NCBI GenBank assembly: GCA_946965045.2
Contig: OX337229.1
Coordinates: forward strand, 4,030,001 to 4,094,000
Length of the DNA stretch: 64,000 nucleotides
From: Epithemia pelagica
Lineage: Eukaryota; Protista; Bacillariophyta
Direction of reading: 5' to 3'
The notes under the pieces are model-generated. The model worked only from the letters and a program-made list of their open reading frames with translations. It had not been told where the DNA came from and did no database searches. The first letter of the stretch is position 1, and every line of letters begins with the position of its first letter. This document shows positions 20,045 to 32,700 of the stretch, piece after piece. The position numbers and the translations under genes were made by a program.

Positions 20045-21910
20045 ATGTGGATGCACAGCAACGATGTATTGGATCCAGCTGCCGCGGCCAGTGACTCGGA
20101 AACCGACCAAATGTTGCAAGAAGAGGTCGGCACCGAAACGGAACTTTTGTCGAACGGTCATACGAACAACATGAAAACAAGGAGCAACGGAACACACCAT
20201 GGCACTGTTACGGTGCAAATGTCTGGTGAAGAAAAGACGCAAGAAGGCGTCGACGAACAAGCACATGCAACGATCCAAGAACAACAAGAATCCTTGTTGG
20301 ACTCCAAACAAACCCACCACAACTTTGATCAACATGCGACTGACAAGCCTGCGAATGCTCAATGTCATGACGAAGAAACAACCGTGTTATCCTCCGTCTG
20401 GGGATGTGCGATCAATCTCAGTAATGCCATTATGGGAGCTGGATGTATCGGATACGGTGGTGCCATGGCACATTCGGGTGGCTTTGTCACCATTGCTCTC
20501 ATCACGTTCTTTGCTCTGTTGAGTAAATGGTCCTTTGATTTAGTCCTTCATCTTGTCCTACTTGCTGCAGAACAAAAGAGCAAACGGTCCACATCGTCTT
20601 TAAAAGCCTTCTCGTCGTCCGATATGAATCAAAGCAGCAACACTAGGAACAAAATTGTCGAGGCTGCCGACTTTGAGGCTCTCGCCATTGATGTGGGGAG
20701 TGGTCAAATTGGCTTGGCCACGGTAATTGCTTCCAAAGGTCTGTATGCCATGGGTTGCTTGGTGGCCTATGTTGTCATCGTCAAGGACAATTTAGCCTTG
20801 GGGGTCAGAGGAATGATGGATTGGATAGTATCCTCGTCATCTTTCTCGATTGCCTTAGAAGATCAGGAACTGCACGAAAGGGATGAACACCAAGAGTTGA
20901 TAGCCACTCTTGTGGTTTGTACAACCATCATGTTGCCACTGTCTCTTCTGAGAAATGTATCCCTCTTGCAACGGTTTTCCAGTGCCAAAATCTTCCTCTA
21001 CGCGGGCATTTTGGGAATTATCATTTACCTCTTTGTGACATTGCCTCGAACAATGCCAACGACGACTACCACTACCACCACCACCTCCACTGCATTAACG
21101 TTTTATGAAAAGTGGTTGAAGGTCAAACCAGGGATTTTTCAAAACACCGGAACCATTGTGTTGGCCTTTATGGCCAATATTTTTATTTTTTGTCGATCGT
21201 TGCGTCCTCAACACCGCAATATGCGAGATTGGCGCAAGGTCACGTCCATTTCCATTACGTTGTCCTATGTGGTGTTTTTGGGACTGGCTCTCTTTGCCTA
21301 CATGACCTACTGGGATGATACTACAGCCGATTTGTTTTTGCAATATCCGGTGGATGTTCCGATTGTGAGCTTGGCGCGAGTGTTTTTGAGTGTTTCCATG
21401 CTCTTTACCTACCCTATGCCCATGTTTGCCTTACGAGAGATTGTTGCGCTCTGTCTGTTTTCTTCCTGGAAGGAGAGTCAGACGGACTGCGTTTCGGCTG
21501 GAGCATCACTTCGGAGGAGTGGTGGCTGTAACTCGGTTGATCAATCGGAAGAAGTCGAAGTGGTTCCTGCGACCAAGGAACCCCAAAGTGGAGATCCTGA
21601 CAAAGAGGACGAAACGAGGGTATCAGTCAAAAGTATTGAGAACACCACGTGGTTGCAACACGTTTTGCTCACCGTTGTACTGTGGCTTATGAGCATGGCA
21701 CCAGCTCTAACCGGGGCATCTTTGGGACAAGTGCTGAACTTGATTGGCTGTGTCTGTGGTTCCTTGATCGGATTTATTTTACCGGGGATTTTTTCCATGA
21801 AGTTACAAGGAATCACCATGTTGGGCTCTGTCTTTCTCTTGGTTGGTGGTTTTGTCGCGATTGTCGGGACATGGTTTAGTGTTCGCGACATTATCGTGGG
21901 TGAGGAATGA
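20045..21910 (+). CDS. Amino-acid transporter, Aa_trans/SLC38-like, paralog 2
   Basis: NLSNAIMGAGCIGYGG, LFTYPMP and QVLNLIG motifs; collinear with paralogs 1 and 3. Confidence 0.92.
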   Translation: MWMHSNDVLDPAAAASDSETDQMLQEEVGTETELLSNGHTNNMKTRSNGTHHGTVTVQMSGEEKTQEGVDEQAHATIQEQQESLLDSKQTHHNFDQHATDKPANAQCHDEETTVLSSVWGCAINLSNAIMGAGCIGYGGAMAHSGGFVTIALITFFALLSKWSFDLVLHLVLLAAEQKSKRSTSSLKAFSSSDMNQSSNTRNKIVEAADFEALAIDVGSGQIGLATVIASKGLYAMGCLVAYVVIVKDNLALGVRGMMDWIVSSSSFSIALEDQELHERDEHQELIATLVVCTTIMLPLSLLRNVSLLQRFSSAKIFLYAGILGIIIYLFVTLPRTMPTTTTTTTTTSTALTFYEKWLKVKPGIFQNTGTIVLAFMANIFIFCRSLRPQHRNMRDWRKVTSISITLSYVVFLGLALFAYMTYWDDTTADLFLQYPVDVPIVSLARVFLSVSMLFTYPMPMFALREIVALCLFSSWKESQTDCVSAGASLRRSGGCNSVDQSEEVEVVPATKEPQSGDPDKEDETRVSVKSIENTTWLQHVLLTVVLWLMSMAPALTGASLGQVLNLIGCVCGSLIGFILPGIFSMKLQGITMLGSVFLLVGGFVAIVGTWFSVRDIIVGEE

Positions 21911-22966
21911 ACAAGACGACTTTCTATGCACGGGATATCATCTATCCTATATTTTGGTCACCTCGCCTCGTGGTATCACGACTCACGACGATGGATGACG
22001 GACCATGCGTTCTGGGGCAGAGGAATATGATTCTTTGACTCTCTTTCTCCTGTGCATGGAATCAGCGTTTCAATCCACAGATAAAGAACAGCATAGGCCG
22101 ATCCCAGAATAAACACAGGTGGAGAAAAGTAAACGGTCCTGATGAGCTGCACCCTTGATCCATACGCTTAGTCGTGAACGAATTAATTGAAGGACGAGCG
22201 AATGGACGCGAACTCACGAACTCTCACATGAGGGCTGCCGCAGGAAACTTTCCTATACGATTCCTCATCCAATATCCAATATCCTCTGTAAGAGATGGCT
22301 ACGGTGGTAGATCGTCAATCGTCATGTTCCAGTCGCAGTCGCGCATGCGACTGAAAAGCTGCGGGTGGACGCGAATTCCGCGAATGGAGACACGTGGTGC
22401 GAAAAGATGAACGGGCCCTCTGCTTCTGTGGCGGAACTGTTCGTGTCTTTGGAGTGTCTTTGATGACATCTGTCCATTGCGAGCCATCAAGTGGGCAAAG
22501 ACACACTCATAACCTGTACTCGCGTTCCGATAGGTTCCGTTTTGTCCGACTTGTTGATATTTTATGCAATTAAGTGTTTCCGGGCGCCGTGCAGTCGTTG
22601 ACTGTCGCAGTACGTAACTGCGACGTAACGACGATGTTGGTGGCCTTTGGTTGGTGGAAAATGGTGGGCTGCGGTGAAACTTCACATTTTGCTTCCGATC
22701 AAATGGGAAGTACTTTGGAAAGGAAGAAGCCTTGCAAACAAGCCCCCACCACCGCCCACCGCAGAGAGATCAACTTCGCTTTGCTTGGCCACCCCACACC
22801 CACACAGCCCACAGACTTTCTAAATTGTGTGGTCTGTCTCTCTGCTCTCTTTTGCAGAATCGCCCTTTCGGTTCTGGTTCGAACCGACACGTGATCAGAC
22901 GATTCAACTCTCCTCCACCACCACCACGAGAGATCAAACTCCTCTCAAGAACAAACGACAGAGAGC

Positions 22967-24688
22967 ATGTTGTGGGTACACAGCAACGACTTTCTAGAAT
23001 TAGCAGCTGCCGCAGCCGATACAGAATCAGATTCAGGGAGCAAGTCATCAGGTGCGGAATCTCCTGAAGAGTCTCTACCCATGCATACCTTTTCGTTACG
23101 AGCAATAGGAAACAGTATAAGAAGCTTTTCGGAAGAGAAGGATAGTTCGGATGAAGACCAAGAAAACGCTCCTTTAAAGAAGGATCCAGAGACTCTTTCT
23201 GTTGTAGGTGAAGACGACGAGACCAGCAACAACGAGGGTTCCTCCAAGGCTACTGTTTATGGTTGTGCTATCAATGTCACCAACGCCATTATGGGCGCGG
23301 GGTGTATAGGGTACGGAGGTGCAATGGCAAAGTCGGGTGGCTTCATCACCCTGTTTCTCATTACATTCTTTGGCATACTAATGAAACGGTCCTATGACTT
23401 GCTCATTGAACTCGTGCTTTTAACGCAAGCCAATTCCACATCACCCACCTATCACAAAAACAATGTGTCCTCCGTCACATACGAGAATCTTGCCATTCAC
23501 GCAGGTTGCGGACGAATGGGCTTAATAGCTGTCATGGCTTCCAAGGGATTGTATGCCTTGGGATGTATGGTGGCCTACGTTGTGATTGTCAGGGACAATT
23601 TGGCATTTGGATGTCACGGTTTATATAATTGGCTCTCGCCCTCCTCTTCCCTCATGGACAAGTTTTCTTCTGGAGCAAAGCACAGTCACAACGAACTGGG
23701 ATTTACCTTGATCGTATGTGTTACCATTATGCTGCCCTTGTGTTTGTTGAGAAACATTACTCTCCTACAAAAGTTTTCCAGTGCTAAAATTGCACTTTAT
23801 GGCATCATCCTGGTCATTCTTGCTTACTTGTTTGTGACCTTACCTCCCGACATGCAACCCCAAAGTGAATTGGTCACCTTTTACGAAAAATGGCTGCAAA
23901 TCAGACCGGGCATCCTTCAATCGGTTGGAACGATTGTCCTCTCGTTTGCTACGGCTAACATTCACATTTACTACCGGTCCTTGCATGTACGTCACCGCAA
24001 TAAACGTGACTGGGCCACGGTTACATCGATTTGCATTGGTCTCTCCTATGGAGTCTTTTCGTGTCTGGCACTCTTTGCCTACATGACCTATTGGGAAGAA
24101 ACCACATCGGATTTGCTCTTGCAATATCCACCCAACGTTCCCATTGTGAGTGTGGCACGAGTCTTGTTAAGTGTCTCGATGCTCTTCACCTATCCAATGC
24201 CCATGTTTGCCCTCCGCGAAATCGTGGCCATGTGTCTCCATGCCATTGTTGATCAAAGGAGGAATGCCTCGGCCAACAAAACCATGACTACCGCAAGTTC
24301 TACTACCACGATATCCGATGGTGATGGGGAGGGCGAAGAGGAGGAGGTGGCGAATCTGAGCAAAAGCACTGCGTCCGAGACGGACAGCAACACGAGCTTA
24401 CCACAAGATTCTACCCGAACAATCACATGGGGAGAACATGTCGCCTTGACGTTGGGTTTATGGACCTTGAGCATTCTGCTAGCCATTAGTGGTCCGTCCT
24501 TGGGGCAAGTACTCAATTTGATTGGATGCATAAGTGGCGCCATGCTCGGATTCATTTTGCCAGCTACCTTTTCCTATCGGTTACAAGGTACCACGACACT
24601 GGGAACAATATTTTTTATTGTGGGTGGTTTTGTCGGTATCGTAGGTACCATGTTCAGTTTCAAGGACTTGTTGGTGGGTACGGACTGA
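22967..24688 (+). CDS. Amino-acid transporter, Aa_trans/SLC38-like, paralog 3
   Basis: NVTNAIMGAGCIGYGG and LFTYPMP motifs. N-terminus MLWVHSND resembles paralog 2 (MWMHSND). Confidence 0.92.
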   Translation: MLWVHSNDFLELAAAAADTESDSGSKSSGAESPEESLPMHTFSLRAIGNSIRSFSEEKDSSDEDQENAPLKKDPETLSVVGEDDETSNNEGSSKATVYGCAINVTNAIMGAGCIGYGGAMAKSGGFITLFLITFFGILMKRSYDLLIELVLLTQANSTSPTYHKNNVSSVTYENLAIHAGCGRMGLIAVMASKGLYALGCMVAYVVIVRDNLAFGCHGLYNWLSPSSSLMDKFSSGAKHSHNELGFTLIVCVTIMLPLCLLRNITLLQKFSSAKIALYGIILVILAYLFVTLPPDMQPQSELVTFYEKWLQIRPGILQSVGTIVLSFATANIHIYYRSLHVRHRNKRDWATVTSICIGLSYGVFSCLALFAYMTYWEETTSDLLLQYPPNVPIVSVARVLLSVSMLFTYPMPMFALREIVAMCLHAIVDQRRNASANKTMTTASSTTTISDGDGEGEEEEVANLSKSTASETDSNTSLPQDSTRTITWGEHVALTLGLWTLSILLAISGPSLGQVLNLIGCISGAMLGFILPATFSYRLQGTTTLGTIFFIVGGFVGIVGTMFSFKDLLVGTD

Positions 24689-25488
24689 ATTCGCCGCGAG
24701 GGAAGTTCCTCCTCCCCATCCTTAACAACGAACGGCAAGGAAACGACGGTTAACCATCACAGAACCACAGTCTCCAACTTTGTTGGTGTATCGCTACCAA
24801 ATGCCACCTTATTTGGAACCTGTACCCATGCACCCTGGCCGCGTCCACAAACTGTCTCTACTGGACACTACTATTCCGAATTCCGACGTTAAACTATCTT
24901 TGCCTGGAGACATTTACGAGAACACTCCCCATAGACATATCCGACGAGAAAGACATGGTTGTTGGCTTTACGGCCAATTACGCATCGATTTCAGTTTTGG
25001 ATTATTTCTTGCTATCACTGCCATGGTCTACTACCATCTAGTAGACCTTATCTATCAATAGAGCTCGTTATTTTTTCTATAAGCTGCTGCAGAAGAACAA
25101 GAAGGGAGGAATCTTCTCTGTCCTGGGAGTATGTGGCAATTTGGATGATGTGGTAAACCTATGTTTGTGCAAAAAAGGCCTCAAGCCACCGAAACAACCC
25201 TCAAACCCCTCCATCGTACCAACCCCCTATCCAAACCGAGATTCGTCGACCATGCATCTGTTGATTCCTCTCTTTGAGATTGAGAGCGGTGTGTCAAAGT
25301 GTCAACAGTCAACATGCGTGTGAGTTTTTTGTGGTGTCTTTTCAAGATGGTGTCTTTGCTCTTTGCAGCATATGGCAACATGCCATCAACTTTTGTGCGA
25401 CTGGAGGCGAAGTCTATGACGTGGTACCGAAACTTCAATTTCACCTCTTTTCCGCCATCGCTACCCCAAAAATTACGAACAACTCACC

Positions 25489-27354
25489 ATGAGGAACTTC
25501 CTCTTGCATGCCCGTCGTCGTTCTCATCAGGTGACTCTGTTGGCATCCCTTGTTGTATGTCCCATTGCTCTCGTATCGGGATTCGTGCTTTCATCTAGAG
25601 CAAACTCGCGTTCTCCGCAATCGCTTCACATTCCCTTGGCTTGGTCGCCCAGCCAATCTCCTTTCTTGTCGTCATCCTCCTCCAGTTTATCCATGGCGAA
25701 TCCAACAACCATATCAACAGAAAGCTCCAAGGCCAGTACCATGCCTTCGTGGGAGGAATTAAAGACACAATCAGGATTGACATTGACAGGCAAAGCCTTG
25801 AATGAGGAAGTCCAATTGCGTGCACAAGGCCATGGATCAGCAGCTCGAGAAAATACCCTTCGCAAATTTTCGTCGGAAGACGAACCAGCCGTAACATTGT
25901 ACAGGTAAGAGGGGAGGGCAAAAGAAAATACATGGAGGGAATCCATTGCTCATTATCTGTAATGATGAATGAAAACGGTTGATTGTCTTTTCTCCTGTTG
26001 TTTCATTCACAGAGACCACGCTGCTTGGTGTCCCTACTGCCAAAAGACCATGTTGCTTGTGGAAGAGAAGCAAGTCCCGGTTCATATTGAATTAGTCAAT
26101 ATGCGCAGTTATGGAGACAAATCTCGCGAATTCTTGCAAAAGGTACCAGGAGGACTTCTCCCTGCCATGGAGATTCAGGGACAGGTCATTACCGAATCAC
26201 AAATTATCATGGAGTTACTCGACAAACTTTTCCCAGAGTCTCAAGGTTACCGCTCCATGATGCCCAGTACGGAGGAGAATAAGGTCAAGTATCAGAATCT
26301 TGCGGCGTTGGAACGAGATCTGTTTGGTCATTGGTGTAATGTTGTGTTTCGACCGGAACGAAGCATGGGAGGCTTTTTTGGCGGTGGTGGCGGCAGTTCG
26401 GAAGGAATGTCAGCCGCCATGAATGGCTTTATGGATTGTATCAAGCAAGTAGATCGTTACTTGCTTTCCACAAAGGGACCTTGGTTTTTGGATGAACAAA
26501 CAGAACATCCCACCATGATTGATTTCATTTATGTGTCCCATGTCGAACGCATGCTGGCCAGTTTGGCCTATTGGAAAGGTCTAGATTTGCGGGATCTCAA
26601 AAAGTGGAATTTGCGGGGTTTGGTGGCCTGGTTGGAAGCCTTTGAGAAGCGGGAAGCCTATTTGGCGTTTAAAAGCGATTATTACACACATGTCATGGAC
26701 ATTCCTCCTCAATATGGCCCCGGTTACGACGGTGGCTTTTCCAACGACCGCACTCGGTTCCAACAATCGATCTCAGGGAGAGATGGCAAGTCGTGGCATT
26801 TGCCCCTCTCGCATGACGATCCTTTGCAACCACTTTACAAGGGCCCACCGTTGCCGATATGTGTCTTGGAAGCTCATGGCACTGAAGCTGACAGTGACGG
26901 CTCATATGAATCCGTTGACCCTAGTGTCATGGCGACGGCCTGTCGGTCCATGGCCGCTTGGAAACTTGCCAACAATGGATCGAATGTGGCGAGATTTGCC
27001 GCTCGTGGAGGTCCGGAGGGATCCCAAAATGCCCGCAAAACATTTACGGCGCCTTTGGCGGATCCCTACGCCGACCCAGATACAAATGTTCAACCGTCAG
27101 TAGACGCAGCCTTGCGCGTTATTTGTGCCGCACTCTTGGATACAACCACAAGTGAGCTATCCACGAACGGCGTACCACATGCCTCTCACACGGAAGCACT
27201 GCAAGCGGCCGTGCCATCGCCACAGCGCTTGGCGGTGGTGTCCAGTTTGGAATACGTGCGAGACCGTGTGGGTGTTCCCCGTGATTTGCCCTTAGCTTCG
27301 GCACGGTATTTCAGGGCGTACTTGAACTGGGCCATTGATATCTTGAACGCATGA
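25489..27354 (+). CDS. Glutathione S-transferase family protein, probably plastid-targeted; exons 25489-25904 and 26013-27354
   Basis: Splicing the GT-AG intron 25905-26012 gives TLYR-DHAAWCPYCQK (CPYC motif); LLPA..ITESQII; GST C-terminal DFIYVSHVER. The N-terminus is hydrophobic and ends ..VSG-FV, resembling ASAFAP. Confidence 0.88.
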
Positions 27355-27980
27355 TGTAAAGATCGTTTTGCGTGGTTGATTTGATGTTGTTCTTGTATGG
27401 TCAAGAGCTTTATCGTATGCAGCGTGAGCGTCTCCTTCTAGCTTAGATGCAGGCAATCCATCGACCAAGGTGAAACCAGGCATACCCTGTGACAGTCTCC
27501 CATTCAGCTTACACTTACAATAGGACGCTCTCGGAATCTGGGAAAGGATCGGAAACAAGCAGCTTATATGAATGTGAGTATCCTCGTAGAGCGGTCCCAA
27601 TCATTGAATCTACAATCTACATGCGTACCTCTAGAATTCTTAGGTACTCCTAGGTAGTCCCTAGGAGCATGTTATCTTGAATGCGGGATTCGAATATATT
27701 ATTGCCTATCCGCTATCTCTGGGACCTCCTTTTCCCATGATGATTGAAACCGCCAAGGCGGTAAAGGACGGCTGAGTTCAATATCCGTATTCAGGAGCAG
27801 TAGTTTTCTCTACATGATGGGTAGCGGCCATAGGTCTATTATTAAGGAGTACGAGTGAATTAAAGAGACGTGTTTCTGGTGGATGCTTGGCGGGCCTGAA
27901 ATGAACATGAAACTCTTATCACTAAGCAGACATTCCGCTGCATTTGTCTGCTTCCAACGGTTTTTTTAAGTAAGAGACCT

Positions 27981-29355
27981 TCATTTCATAAACCCGTGTT
28001 GTTGTTCAAAAACTGACAATGAGGATGGAACAGGAACTGGACGAACATGATGATCGTGATGATAGTTTCCCTTTTTCGCCACTCGGATCCAAAAATTACC
28101 CAAGATATACCCCCAGACCAGGACTGGTTTGCTGATGTTCATGGTACTTATGGCCACATGCGTGCGAGAGAGGGAGAATTTTGAACCAGACGGGAAAGTG
28201 GAATCAGAAAGGGAACTGGTTTGATTGTTGCATGTCTTTCTCATCTTATTCTGTCTAGTTGACCGTAGTTGATTGTTGCTTTCCTTCTCCATTTTGCTTT
28301 ACTGCTGCTTTGGGAGGATCGTCGGTTGAGGCTATCGTTGTGGGGGGTTGGTTTCCATATGCGCTGCTCGCTTTCACAGTAGGAAGTCTAGACTAGTAGT
28401 TTGTTTGTGCATCATTGTACTCGTATAGTCATTTCTCTTGGTCTTGTTGCTCCTCCTTGTCGTTGCTAGTTGTGGTTGTCGCTGCTCGTCAAAAAGGTTG
28501 ATTGCTGCGTTGGTTGGTCCATGGATCTGTCATTCCTCCATCCTCATCTCTTGTTGTCAGCTTTTGATTGTTGCGTTTGGGTTGCGTTGGGTGTTGTTGT
28601 CGTTCGGCCGAAACTAGGAGTGGATTGTTGTTTTGGGTGCTATTGTCGCTGGTATGCTGCTCTTTTGGATAGCTTGCGTCTGGTTGTCAATTGTTGAGTG
28701 TGGTGTTGGTGTTGATGTTGTTTCGTTCGGCCGAAACGAGGAGTGGATTGTTGAGTATGGTGTTGTTGTTGTTGTCGGTGTTGCCACTTGTTTCCGATGT
28801 GCCTCGTATAATTGTTGCATTCGGAGTCATTTCGGTTCGGTACTCCATCTGGTGTCGTTTCACAAGACAGGGGAAGCAAGGCATCCTCCGGCGTATTGGT
28901 GAGAAGGGATGGTTCTTGTTGCTGTTGTTGGTGAAGGAGAGTTACAGGCAATTGCCCCATCAAATCCAAAATAGCTTTAAGGTGGCAGCAGCACCAGCAC
29001 ACGCCTCCACATGGTTCGACTTACACAACAGTTTCCGGTTGCGTTCCAGACTCAAGAGCCAGGCCAATTCTAGGATGGATTCTGATTCAATATTTTCCCA
29101 GAATCCCTCACACAAAAAGGATACTTCGTCCGCCAAGAGTTGTAGTTGACCATCGTCTTGCAAATTGTAGACACTGGCCCCCACTCCACCATTGGTTGTA
29201 TTCGTTGACAGTCTTTTACTATGGGTTGGTGCTGGCGCTGTGGGCGACTCGGTCATGCTCTCGTTGTTGTCGGCCAGTGATTCCTCCACGGGTCCTGCAT
29301 GTTTTGATCGCAACCGTCTCGTTGTCGTCGTGGAGTGTGGTGGGGGCATTGACAT
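27981..29355 (-). pseudogene. Decayed gene with a WAPL-like N-terminal domain segment
   Basis: QDDGQLQLLADEVSFLCEG..SILELAWLL..RNRKLL resembles the start of the WAPL domain as I recall it. There is a 1-bp frameshift near 28977 and later in-frame TAG/TGA codons. Confidence 0.4.
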
Positions 29356-29763
29356 AGCGCCGTCGTGTCATTTGTGTACTATTATGAGATGTCGTGTACG
29401 AGGAGGTGTAGGAAAGGGACGAGTAGGATGGAACGGAACTACTGATGCTCGATTAATTGATTGTAGCATTCACGGTCCAACTTTGGTCATCGTCACGAGG
29501 CAGTCCACAACCCTACCTTTCTCCGCGACTGTTGGGGAACGCCATCATCGTCCTGGTGCTGTGGACCTTCTTTGTTTGGTTGCCGCTGCTGCAGCTGTTC
29601 TTTTTGTTGTCGTCGCAGTTTGAGTCGAGCACTTTTGGTGCGTGCCAATACAAAGGGTGCCACGCCCCATCCGGGCGGGGGGTGTTAGTTTTCCAAGGCA
29701 GCAATATGATTGGGTTAGACATGTCACACAACAGTTAAACACTTAACGAAAAACGAGTTAAAA

Positions 29764-32700
29764 ATGTCTTACCTCGATTTAAAACCAATCCCACGAAGGC
29801 CCCGAATCACGGATTGGCAGCAAGAAAAAAACCAAAAAAACCTCCAAGTTGGATTCCATCAGCCGATCGAGGCGGTCGCTCGCGCCATTGCCGACAAAAC
29901 ACATGACGACAACAAGACATTGACCACTTTCTGGCCATCTCAGACCTGTAGACAACGTAATCGAATAAAGATGGTTAGTAGGTCATCCTCTGGTGCTGTG
30001 CAATCATTTGCAGCAGCACAAAGTGCTGCAAGAGCAGCAATGGGTCCCCAGTCACAACGACTGGGCAACTTGTATAGTCGACTCCCTGTTCGACACGGAC
30101 AACGACGCTCTGGTTATCAAACACTTACCGGAGTTGTGGAGTTTCAACAAGAGATTGATTGTTGTGTGTGTAGAGCCAAACACAACAACCTCCCCAAACC
30201 ACACAGATCCCACCACATGCTCTGTCCACTCAACACCAAAACAAAGGGAAAACCACACAAGACAAACGAACTGGGACAGATCAAGAGACTGGTGGATAAA
30301 GCAGCGAAGGAGAGGGAAAGAAACAACAAACAACCATTGTCTGAAGCTGAAAAGCACAGACCAGGGATCACCATGGAGGACTGGGAGGACTTCATGAAGC
30401 CGCGTCCCAATACGGCCAAAAAAGTGTTGAACCCAGGAAAACTCACTCTACAGTCGTTGACAGGTGAGAAGTTGGCAGAAGGGAGAATGGGCGAAATCAG
30501 CAACGGTCAAAGTGTGACAGTGACAGAGCTGCGCATGTCGGCTGAAAATTTCAAAAAGGAAATATTACATAGGGTTACACATGGTACATTCAACGGTATC
30601 ACGTGTCCCAAGACAATGCATGCGCTTGCCTCATTTATGCAAGAAGCGTGCCTGGGGACAAAGCGTGATACGAGTGTGCTATCAAACTTCTTTGACGGTA
30701 TGGAGTTTTGTGTACCGGCCTGCGCTACCAACACGTGTGCTTTGTACGACTCGTTTTCTCGCCAGAAACTCTTGGTTGTGGATTGGGAACTCTTTTTTCC
30801 TGGAGAAGTACTCTTTTGCCCTCTATGCAATGGTAAACTCCATCGGACACGGAGTAATTTCTCCAAAAACAAGTGTCTTTTCCCCCTATTCGGAAGCTCT
30901 GGTCCCCCAAGATACGCCATTGTCATGCACTATAGGTGCTCGGCATGTAAAACATGCTTCCAAGGGAATGAAGGACGATTTTTAGCAAAACTCCCACCTT
31001 GGATGGCCATGGCATACCCTGTGGAGCCAAAGTACGCTCGTGGGATGGCACATCTTACTCGAGATGCTACCCACATGCTAGAACACTCTATGCTGACCTA
31101 CGGCAATGGAGATTATTTTTCTAGAATGATCTACAGTGGTATCAATACAGACTACAAAGACAGACAAACGAGGTACTATTCATTCTGTGCATCCACTGGC
31201 CAAAAAAGTGAGGACTATCCCAAAAAGGATGGCGAGTGGCTGGTCAACTTCCCTCCACAAGGTGACACCATCCGTCAGCTGTATGACGATGCGGCTAGTT
31301 CCAATTGGAATTGGTGGGGTCTGTCGGATCATGATAGACACACGAGAGAAATGCAAATGGTGAGATGCGAACGAACATTTGCGAATGATCATACTCACCA
31401 GACAGTGAAAAACTATCCCTCAGCCTGTAAGGCAAAGGCCCTGTTTGACGTAGCCAACGAAAAAGGTGAGATCGCCTGTGCTATTCTCGTTGAAAATACC
31501 AAAATCCAGGAAGTGAGCCATGCTGTCGAACAGCTTGCTCGTCGGCCATGGTTTCGTCCGAAGGCCATGTATACTGATACATGGCCTTCTTCCATTGACT
31601 TCTGGGTCTTGATTTGGGGTGACGAGGTGAAGGGTTGCCTCGGCCTGTTTCATTTCCTGCAGAGAATTGTGAAGACTCTGCGACCAAGACACATTGATTA
31701 TGGGCGAGCACTCCGTGATCTCAAAATGGCCCTGTATGAGTATAACGATGAGGATATGAATAATGTCCTTCAAGCGCTGAAAGAAGGAAAAATGTCAAGT
31801 AGCAAGAAACAATACACTGAGGGTGAGATACAGGATCTGCTTGACACTCCAGAGTTTGGACGAAGGTATGGAAAGTACATACGAAAAATGATCCGCTCGA
31901 AAGAAGTCATCATTGCGAAGCTGGAAGAATTCAAAGTGACCTATAAGGTCACTGCCTCACCAGGCAAGCCATCAGCAAGAGGTCGACGAGATCCGCGGAC
32001 AAATCAACCTCTATTTACGGAGGATACTCATCTCGCGATAGAAAATTGCAAACAAAAGGCAGTGTATTTGTCAGATCCACTACCACTTGAAGACATGTAT
32101 TTGACAGTTGCAGCCAACAAGAATTCACGCCACTCCTTACCTGAATACATTGCAGTCAGAGGGGAATCCAAGTTGGAGAGCTTCCACGACAACCTGGCAA
32201 ACTTTGCAAATTGTGGAATGCGTGAGAGCCTTGCAGACAATCTTAACCTACAGGGAACAGCGCAGTACAATCTTACCATTCGATTCAAGCATCGCTTGCT
32301 TGCAATGACTCTTGATGAGCGATCTCTTGTTCCAGCCGGATGGGAATGTGTGGTTCCTTATTGGAACCACACTGAACTGCGATTCATCAACGAAATGGCT
32401 GTGAGTTCTGGATCGCAACAACAATTTCAATGGGTTGAAAACTTACCAGAAGACACTGGTGAACGCTTTTTTTCGGAATACTTGGCACAACAGAGCAGAC
32501 GGAAATTGGAGATTCCGAAGCATCCACTCAATGACCGCTGTCAGTGTTGCTTGTGTGCCAAGTCTGTTGTGCGCCTTCCCCATGACAAGTCCTTTCACCC
32601 ACCACCAGCACCTACTCTTTCAACACTACCACCAGTCCAAACAGTACAGGGGATGATTGTTAACCCGTACCGAAAGAGGACACCATCAAATAACAGTGAT

